A DNA stretch of 43,813 bases from Enoplolaimus lenunculus (Eukaryota). Position numbers and translations under genes: made by a program. Position 1 is the stretch's first letter. Each line of letters begins with the position of its first letter. The stretch spans positions 558,001 to 601,813 of the forward strand of contig JASANG010000627.1 in assembly GCA_030248215.1 (NCBI GenBank), in the 5' to 3' direction. The notes beneath the pieces are model-generated. The model saw only the letters and a list, made by a program, of their open reading frames with translations. It searched no databases and had not been told where the DNA came from. This document shows, in pieces, positions 35,401-43,813 of this stretch.

Positions 35401-37492
35401 TGTCGTTTTATGTGGCGCTGTTGTTGCTGTATTGTACAGATGCACCTGCATTTAAAATATATAACATGTTTATTCCAATGTTAAAGTTGTCTGTAATCCT
35501 CCAAGATGTTTACTCAAATTCCCAAACTTAAAATTAGACAAAAACAAGAGTGTAAACTTTAATCGCTGGCAAACAGTATATTTGTGTTATGTAATTATTA
35601 ACTTGAAGCATGCAAGGTTAGCGTAGGTTTTTATAGTCAAGTGCCAATCGTTAATCATACAAACTTTGACCCATTCTACTTTTCGGGCCGTCCCGTTTTT
35701 TCTTCGACTCCAAAGCGTAGGGTTCCATCTTTTTTGCATAAGCTTGGAGTTAGGCTTACGATTAAGCTTAATATTAACATTTATTTTTACACATAGTCAT
35801 AGGCTGGGCTTTAGACTCAAACAGTAGTTCTATCACAATTACTTTAAACTTTCCTTCATAAATTTCAATTCCTCTCAGTTTGCTCCGTTTTGCAACGAAA
35901 GTGTTAACCTTGTCAACCTTACCTTAACTCTCAAGCAACAAACAGGCACACCGCATATATACCTTTACGCGTGTAACGATTTACCTGCACACAAGTTGTA
36001 TGTGTTGTGGTTTTGTATGTAAAACTTTGTCGTGAATTGTGGTTGGTTCCCGAACCAAAACGCTAGCACAGAACACTTTGTGACATGCGTTAGATAGAGT
36101 TAACGTAAAAAAATCTAAGGGTAGAGTTAAAGTGTGGCAACTTACCCTATGACATTTACTGTGTCCAAGCAAAACTTCTTATTGTGAACCGCGCATAATG
36201 CAACATTTAACAACGACGAAAAAAGCATCTAACCTTTGCAGCGTTTATATTTCCAATTTGAACACGATGGCCAGATTCTCGTTTCGTGTTCTGGTCTAAA
36301 AAGTTAAGCAAACTTAAGTCTGTTGCAACTAACGCTCTGCACAACACCTGTTCGAAGTTTTGTCTAATGTTGAGGACCACGTTTGGAATCGAACCTCGTC
36401 ATTCTTCCACTCGAGCCAAGCATACTACCACTACACCACGTGGTCATTGCAACAACTTATGCCAGTGCATGTGCACATGTATGGCAGTCTTTCGCTTTAC
36501 ATACACTTAACGTACACATATACCGTCTTATCTCTTTTTAGCAAGGCTGCGGTTTAGTTCTTAAAAATAAGTGTTAAACATGGGAGACTTGTCCGTTATG
36601 TACACATGCAATATAGTGTTTGCACTGTATGTACGCATACTAACAAGCAGTAAGGGACCAGGGTTGCGCCGGAATTCCTGCATAAAAACTATTCCTTTTC
36701 CGGTACCTGTTCCTCCTTTGCAGAACGTACAACGAATTCAAATATCTGACGAGTTTAGTAAAAAGTAAAAAAGTAGTTTTTGTTCCTGTAAAATTTGATC
36801 CTGTTGGAACCCTACCGGCAGCATGCGATCGACTAATATAATTGATGATAAAGGTATTTGGACAGGCAGCTGCATTGGACAGTGATAGAGCGTTCGTAGG
36901 TGTAAGAATTCAAACCAACCCGTATGTCTTTTATTCCAGCTGCTTAGTAAAAGGTATTACGTCGCCGAGAGTACCTACGTATAGAGATGAGTGGCTACGC
37001 CGTGAGCGCAACGGTGAATTGGAATGCTATGAACACGGTAATCAGCCAATTATAGGATGGGTGGTCAAAGAACGATCTTGTTAAAAATTGGGCATATAAG
37101 CATGTGAGATATAGGTTTCCGTTATGTACACAAGCAATGTAGTGCAGTGAACTGTGTGTATGCCGGCAGCCAGAATACGATCGACATAAATCGATGATAA
37201 ACGTTATTGAAGAGGCGGACCGCGTTACACAGCAACAGAACGTTCGCTTAAGGATTCGTTAGTTTGAGTGTTCGAACTCACAACACGTGCGTGCCTTTCC
37301 TGCTGCTTAGTAAAAAGTCAAAGTTGCCCAACACCTACCTTGACTAACAAACGGCAAGGCGCTATGACGTCTACACCAAAATGATAAATACAAAAAATAC
37401 TAGCAAAAAAGTAGACCGTAGATAGCTATACATACATTAAACTTACTAAGTACAATAATAGGAACTCCTCCAGGACCGCCTGCCATAACCAT
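29430..37492 (-). CDS. cct-3: T-complex protein 1 subunit gamma (CCT3/TRiC chaperonin), 15 coding exons, 556 aa
   Basis: Hand-spliced exons (minus): 37447-37492, 36234-36295, 34804-34854, 34547-34609, 33979-34075, 33669-33789, 32616-32802, 32114-32263, 31759-31850, 31435-31557, 31166-31264, 30815-31001, 30283-30423, 29976-30107, 29430-29549; total 1671 nt, phases consistent. Translation has the chaperonin motifs [48 protein letters not shown] and CCT3-specific [19 protein letters not shown]. Confidence 0.97.
35085..36205. mobile_element. Foldback/MITE filling most of CCT3 intron 2
   Basis: About 35085-35250 is a diverged inverted copy of about 36065-36205 (ACAATAAGAA.TTTTG.TTGG.CACA..AAATGTCATAGG ... 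CTAACGC..GTCACA). Confidence 0.7.
36375..36445 (-). pseudogene. tRNA-like sequence (tRNA pseudogene or tRNA-derived SINE head) in CCT3 intron 1
   Basis: GACCACG...CGTGGTC perfect 7-bp acceptor stem, A box TGGTGTAGTGG and B box GGTTCGATTCC. Anticodon and T stems pair poorly. Confidence 0.65.
36659..36814. mobile_element. Short degenerate MITE in CCT3 intron 1
   Basis: CAGGGTTGCGCCGG ... CCTGTTGGAACCCTA. It interrupts one copy of a local duplication (about 36590-36960 vs about 37115-37315). Confidence 0.5.
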
Positions 37493-38299
37493 TGTTGTTA
37501 CCCGAAAAAATAACTTTAAATGTTATATACCTGCTTCTAAACTCAAGCTTAAATATTTATAAATCACGTTACAAAAATGACCCTGATGTTACTACACACG
37601 TTTACAAAACAGATCTTTTACAGAACTGAATAACCGTGCCCGCTGTTCACGGCAATAACTCCACTTTTTGTCAGGCAACAAACATGAAAAGAATCCACTT
37701 CACCAAAGGCATACAAAATTTTAACGGTTGCACAGTACAGTAAAACATAAATGCATTCGCCGCACAACACAGTTTATGTCAACAGCGGTAACTCTAGTCA
37801 GGCAAGGCAAGTTACCATTTCTTAGGTGCATTTTCATAGAAGTCAATGTTTGCATGTAATGTGACCAACTTAGACTAGCTAAGTGTTTTAATTATGAACT
37901 TCAAACGCACTGCAGTTTCCAAATTTTTCATTTAATTAAAGGTGCGCAAGCAGTGATGTGTTTAGCGTATAATGTAGCCACATACACAGCTTTCGGCAAA
38001 ATCAAGTTCAATGCACCGAGTGATTCACGCTTTCCTGCTCGCTTAGACATAGTTATTACATCAAAAACGTTTTGCGCGTTTGGCACAATCATGCTCAATG
38101 CACCGAGTTATTCACGCTTAATTTGGCTACCTGCCCGCTTAGCGCATCTGATTAATACCTTACGCGTAAGCACCTGCTCAGATATTTCAGCGGTGCGCTG
38201 TGCAGAAGTTTATGTCTGCTGAATACTAGTTATGTGGTTTCCAGTTTTTCAGGGTGGAAAAATTATGACAAGGAATACAGTGTAGCCACTCCTGTATGA

Positions 38300-40260
38300 C
38301 GGCCAGATTTTCCAATGTTTCGGTAGGAACATTTAACAAGCATATTAATAAGTGTGGATGGAAAAAGTGGAAAATTCATTTGGTAGGAAAAGTTAGAGAT
38401 GCAGGCGAGGTTTGAGAAACTGGAAAACTGGAAAAGTTAAACATGTAGTGTTTCTCTATGTCTGGTTGTGAAGGAACTTTTTGGTTTGTTTGGCTGGAGC
38501 ATTTGGAAGTGTGGTTCGGTTCGGAAAAAGGAAAATTGGAAAAGTGGAAACTTCAAGCGTAGGCATGTATAATTCCTATCGATTGGTAAGGACATTAAAT
38601 AGAGGTGTAGGCGAGGTGCGGAAAACGGGAAGAGTGGAAAAGTTAAACGTATAGGTTTCTCTAGGTCTGGTAGGAAAGGAACACTATGGTTGGTTTGGTT
38701 GGAAAATTGGGATGTGTGGTTCGGCTCGTAAATAAGGGAAAAGTGGAGAATTCAAGCATAGGTATATACATGATTTGTTTTGGTCGGTAGCTGTGTGCAA
38801 CCGGAGGTGAAAAATATCGAAGCCGGAGCCGGAGGTCAACGAAACTCCGGCAAAAATTCTAGCGGAGCCGGAGCCGGAGCCACAGCCGGAGGCCAATTTT
38901 CTGCCGGAGCCGTAGCCGGCGGCAGACCTCCGATTGTACTATGGTTGGTAGGGAAAGCAAGAGGTGTCCGCGAGGTTCGGATAATGGGAAAAGTGGAAAA
39001 TTTTAATGCATAGATTTTTCCTTGGTTCGTAGGAAAAATCTGAAGCATAGGTTTTGGTTGGAAAACGGGAAACGTTTAAACGCCTAGATTTACTCTACAC
39101 TGCAAAAAATGGTGAGTCAAATTGACTCTCTCCGAAATAGGCTCTACAGGACTACACAAACTGAGTCAAATTCGACTCCGCCAGAGTCAAACATGCGACT
39201 CAGTGAATCGAATTTGACTCTGCCGGAGTCGAATTTTGACTCAATTTGTGTAGTCCCGTAGAGCCTATTTTCGAGAGAGTCAATTTGACTCACATTTTTT
39301 GCTGCGTACGTTGGTAGGGAAAATCTGAAGCCCAGGTTTTGTTCGGAAAACAGAAAAAGAAAAAATTAAAACGCCCAAAATTTCTCTTGGTTGGTAGGAA
39401 AAATCTGAAACATAGGTTTTGGTTGCAAAACGAGAAAATTTAAACGCCTAGATTTACCATGGGTGGTAGGGAAAATTGAAACACAGGTTTTGTTTGGAAA
39501 ACGGGAAAAGTGAAAAATTAAAATGCCTAAGTAGATTACCCTTGGTTGGTAAGAAAAATATGAAGCATAGGTTTTGGTTGGAATACGGGAAAATGTAAAC
39601 ACATAGATTTGTCCTGGGCTGGTGGTATATTAAGGAAAATCTGAAACACAGGTTTTGTTTGGAAAACGGGAAAAGCGGAAAATTAAAATGCCCAGATTTT
39701 CCCTTTGTTGGTAAGAAATATAAACATAGGGTTTGGTTGGAAAACGGAAAAGCCAAAAATTTAAACGCCAAATTTTCCTTGGTTGGTAGGAAAAACCAGA
39801 AGCAATTAGTTTTGGTTGGAAACGGGAAAATTTAAACGCCTAGATTTTACACTTCGGTTTTCCATGTCACATCTGAGAATGTCTATACATTTGAATTCCC
39901 TACCAAAACAGGAAAAGGCCGGGCATTGGAACTTTGCACTCATTTTCTTAATATAAGTACGTAAAAGATTGTGGTGAGGGGATTTTTCCATTGTGGAAGG
40001 AAACAAGAAAATTGCCTGAATTCCATGCGTTTTAAACTTTCTACGTTTCCAGTTTTCCAAACAAAAGCTATTGTTCAGGTTTTTCCTACCTACCCAGGAT
40101 AAATCATAGACGTTTAAGTTTTCAACTTTTTCCATTTTCCAAACAAAATCTACTTTCAGACTTTCCCAGCTATTCAGGGAAAGCCAATACGTTTTAAATT
40201 TTCCACTTTTCCAGTTTTCCAAACAAAACCTAGGCTTCAGATTTTCCGTTCCCCAGCAAA
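38300..40260. repeat. Degenerate satellite-like array (unit about 60-80 bp), inverted at its right end
   Basis: Recurring GGTTGGTAGGAAAAATCTGAAGCATAGGTTTTGGTTGGAAAACGGGAAAA...AAACGCCTAGATT units from about 38300 to 39850. Reverse-complement units occupy about 40030-40250. The array is interrupted by a CCGGAG-rich MITE fragment (38790-38930) and the palindromic MITE. Confidence 0.8.
39098..39306. mobile_element. Near-perfect palindromic MITE flanked by TA
   Basis: CACTGCAAAAAATG ... CATTTTTTGCTGCG. Arms of about 95 bp are nearly complementary and contain GAGTCAAA repeats. Confidence 0.85.
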
Positions 40261-43242
40261 ACTTATGCTGGTGATTTTTTCTACAAAACCAGTGAAAAAT
40301 CAGGTCGTCATACAGAAATGGCTGCGCTACACTCCTGGTTATGTTTTGTGCCCTGGAAAACTGGAAGCCGCTGTTGTACACGTGGGCCCATTTTTCTTAT
40401 TTTATAAATGTTGTGTCGGCTGCACCTTTAATTGCTGCATGCAGGACCAACTATAAAATCACATGCAGAGTTAACGGAAAGTGCAATTCCGTTTAATCGA
40501 TAAATAAATTAATCTTCTTTTTACTTAGTTAGGAATGCAAAATGTGGTAACTTTTAAATTTAATCTTAAAATTATATTTCATTCAAATGTTTCAATTTTA
40601 TTCTTTTTACATACGTACTTTTTTCATTCCAGCCTACGTCAATTGAATAATGTCAACGACCAAGAATTGACAAAACGCGCAAATGAATTACTTGAACTAG
40701 TGGGCCATTCTGCCGTCTCCTACACGTGAATTATTGTGACTTCTACATCAAGCAGACTAAAATATTTTACAGTTTAAAATTTGTGACTTTCGACACCTTT
40801 CGTGAAAAACGGCCAAAAAATTTCCCGGTACGCATGTCAAATAAGCAGATTTTCAGAGTTGAGGTTGATAGCACAGTGCAATTTTCTGATGAAATCTTAC
40901 CACAATTCTACTTTTTTGAAGTGTATACCGAGGCCAAGCGACAATACACTGGAAAATCTGACAAGCACTTTCCGAACGCAAAAGAACAATTACGGGTTGA
41001 TAAACGTAGACCGCGGGTAAAGCAATTTTGCGCAGGGATGCCAGTTCGTAAAAATACAAATATCGCGCATATGAAGCGCGAACTGGGCGAAGAAATCCTT
41101 AGTATCCACCTACTTCTGATTGGGATAACAATTAATATTCGATTAGAATTTCGAGCTTTCATCGACAAGGTAAAAAACCGATGCGCAACATCAGAAAAGA
41201 AAAGACCATTTATCGTTTATTATTTTAACTCTTTTCATAACAATAAAATGTACGCAAAACTGCAGTGGTACTTAGGCAAAAACACAAAATATTACATGTT
41301 TCTGGTCCGTGTTAGTTTTAGGAATCTACAAGTACGGCCCTAGAAGCAACATTGCCCGTTTTTCCAATAAAAAATAGCGAGCTTGAAAGAATAAATTTAC
41401 ACTGCACATGTGGAAACATTACGCAAACCATGCCTAGGTGCAGGATACAACTGGAAATTGACCTTTTGCTTCCATTGTGACAAAAAGTATTTTCCAAACC
41501 CGGCTCCGCTAAACTAAGAACTTTTTTCGGAGTTGTGCAGCTTTGAGGCAATTTCCGAACGAATACCAAAAACAAATTTTTGACACAATTTAAACTTAAG
41601 CCTAAGGCATTCTTAAAATTAACGAATTATAGGTAAACGATATATTGAATATATATTTTTGAAACGGGCTGGAGGCCGGCTCTCTTAAAAGCAGTTACAC
41701 ATTGCAGTACCAGCGTCATAATTTATAAAAAAATTACTTTTTAACCAGTTTATGAATTGGGTTGTATTTATTCTACGTTTAAGCAGCTATCTAAACTAAA
41801 GAATGTTTTCATACTTTTTAATCACAATTCTGGTTCCTTTTTCTGCTTGTAAAAGCAATTAGCATCGGTGTCATTGTCATCAAAATTGGTAGTAAAATAT
41901 TGTTATTTGCTGCCCTTCTATTTCTATCCAACGCGATTTAGCAAGCTACTATTCCCATTCAGTAATGTGTGGCCTAGAGAAACGGGTTAAGACGCTTTAA
42001 GTTAGTAACATAACGATCGAAAAAATTTCAACTCGAAACCATCGGGCCTTTCTTGATATGAATTCAAATACAGCATCACAAATGAGTTCAGAAAATTTAA
42101 ACGTTTATCATTGTTAATCCTAGCCAACAACGTTCAAACTGAATAGCAGTAAGGTTCGTTTTTCGGGATAGAAATTTCTTGTCTAAGAAGTTCAATAAAT
42201 CATATATCATAGCGTCACGATTGCCCAAACGAGTAAATGGGTTGTAACCAAATAAAACTGATTTGGAACCATTCATATCTTTGACAGAGATCTTAACTCT
42301 GACTTCAGAACTTTTGATTACATGGCTAAAATTTCTTTCGACTCAATTCCGTGAACATCGGCGACGTTATATAAATAAAAATTGCTTGGCATAAGATTTC
42401 GGTCCTGACTATTCATCGGACCCGCAAATAGTTTAATTTTTAACGGTTCACGTTTGTATGTATCAAACGATCAAGATATGTTTTGAGATACATACATACG
42501 CTTGAACTGTTTACTGAGCAAATAGCGGAGGGTAAAATGCGAAAAATTACTCAAAGATTTTCGATTTTGCAAACAAATAAAAATAATTGAGAAAGATCAA
42601 ACGCCGACAACAAATATATAATTGAAGAAACTATTGAATATATATAGCTTTGCGAGCACAAAGTTCCTCTTTACTATAAATTTTCATTTTTTGTGTTTCA
42701 TATATACTAATCTTCCAGACTGGACAGAATAACTTGCAAAAACGTGGTATAATATACTTTAATCAGTTATATATCACAGTTTCTCAGCGGTACATCAAAC
42801 CTGGACATCGACAGATTTTTTTACCACAACGGATTGTTTTTGCTTTGTCGTTTGTCACCGGACGCAGACCGTGCTCCATTCCGCTGTTTGCGGAACCAAT
42901 AATGATCGCCTATTTGCCGGTACCTTGAGTATCCTGGCAGTCTAAAACAATATGGTAAATGTCGACATAAATCGGCACCAGTTTTAGTATTGTGACGATT
43001 AAATTCATACCAAACATATTTTCTGTCAAAAATACCACAAATTATTTTAAACATAATTTATTCACATTCCATAACTATAAGCTAAATTTTGGTCTAAATT
43101 CGTGTTTCAGTTAAAGTTTATTACTACTTCAATTTGCAATGCTAATTGGCACCTGGAACATATATAAATTGTTGTAATTGTACATTTGGGGGGCTCAGTT
43201 TTCTGAATAAAGTTTCATACGGTCAGTTTATTTTTTATGCTT

Positions 43243-43565
43243 CACCTGCGGTAGCCGTGGGTGCATTTTTTTTGTTTAAATAAATTTTGGAACCGAGCGG
43301 AGCGCTCTGTTATAGGTCTTAGCTGTTGCTGTTGAACCGAGTGAAGCGCTTGGTTATAGGTCTTAGCTGTTGCTGTTGAACCGAGTGAATCGCTTGGTTA
43401 TTAGAAAAGTTCAAGCTGGTTAGAATTTAGTATTCATCTACGGAGCCGTAATTTATTTGACTACCGAGGCTAGCGCTTGGCATATAGATCAAATTGCTCG
43501 AATTAATTTTATCTAGTATTGTAGCCACCGTTGCATTGAGTTCCTGCGGAAGCCGTGGGATTTAA
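43243..43565 (+). repeat. Tandem short GC hairpin units (44-bp period at 43290-43405)
   Basis: GAACCGAG(C/T)G(G/A)AGCGCT...TTATAGGTCTTAGCTGTTGCTGTT repeated about 2.5 times, plus CCTGCGG(T/A)AGCCGTGGG at 43245 and 43543. Confidence 0.7.
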
Positions 43566-43813
43566 AACAAGTTTATCGAACTTTTTATGCGCCGTTCGCA
43601 TTAATTGCTGTAGTAGTTCCGCATCCGATTTTAACTAAATTAAAACAAAATTCAAAAGAACTCGACTGTAGGCAATAAATATAAGGTTTACGTTATCGTG
43701 GTTTATTACTAGAGCAAGCGCGTCGTTACATTTTGGTGACCACGATGGGACACGTAATCTTCGGATAATTATTATTGACCGAACTTTCAAACATTGGATT
43801 TTTTCGCTTTACA

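Noticed and set aside
35745..35760. TTAGGCTTA in cct-3 intron 2 (sense TAAGCCTAA) as an intronic telomerase RNA template
   Set aside because: It lies inside a foldback element containing other telomere-like words, and I could not identify a pseudoknot or H/ACA end. A covariance search would be needed to exclude it fully.
39366..40381. ORFs of 78-191 aa in the satellite
   Set aside because: They are translations of degenerate tandem repeats.
40726..41343. 205-aa plus-strand ORF
   Set aside because: GTG start and no recognisable motif. It is probably a chance frame or antisense to a decayed element.

Overview
AT-rich, intron-rich eukaryotic genomic DNA, most likely from a nematode (inferred from TTTCAG/TTTTAG acceptors and a nematode-like CCT3 N-terminus). 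Two spliced host genes lie on the minus strand: a complete 15-exon CCT3/TCP-1 gamma chaperonin gene (29430-37492, 556 aa, one GC-AG intron) and a small InaF-motif membrane protein gene (24284-26747, about 197 aa, possible alternative 3' exons). The main discovery is a delimited, decaying Maverick/Polinton element at 8040-19711. It has AGTAGT-type terminal inverted repeats and a perfect 6-bp target-site duplication (CAAACA). It contains a minor capsid (penton) ORF, the C-terminal part of a protein-primed DNA polymerase B, a conserved Polinton accessory ORF and an unknown Cys-rich ORF. It also encloses an intron-containing mucin-stalk/transmembrane pseudogene that looks like cargo, and a gene relic of similar architecture sits outside the left TIR. 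The rest of the window is dense with hAT-like MITEs (8-bp TSDs, family-specific hexamer repeats), foldback elements, tRNA-derived heads and a degenerate satellite. All exon and element coordinates were derived by hand, and all family assignments are by motif recognition without database searches.
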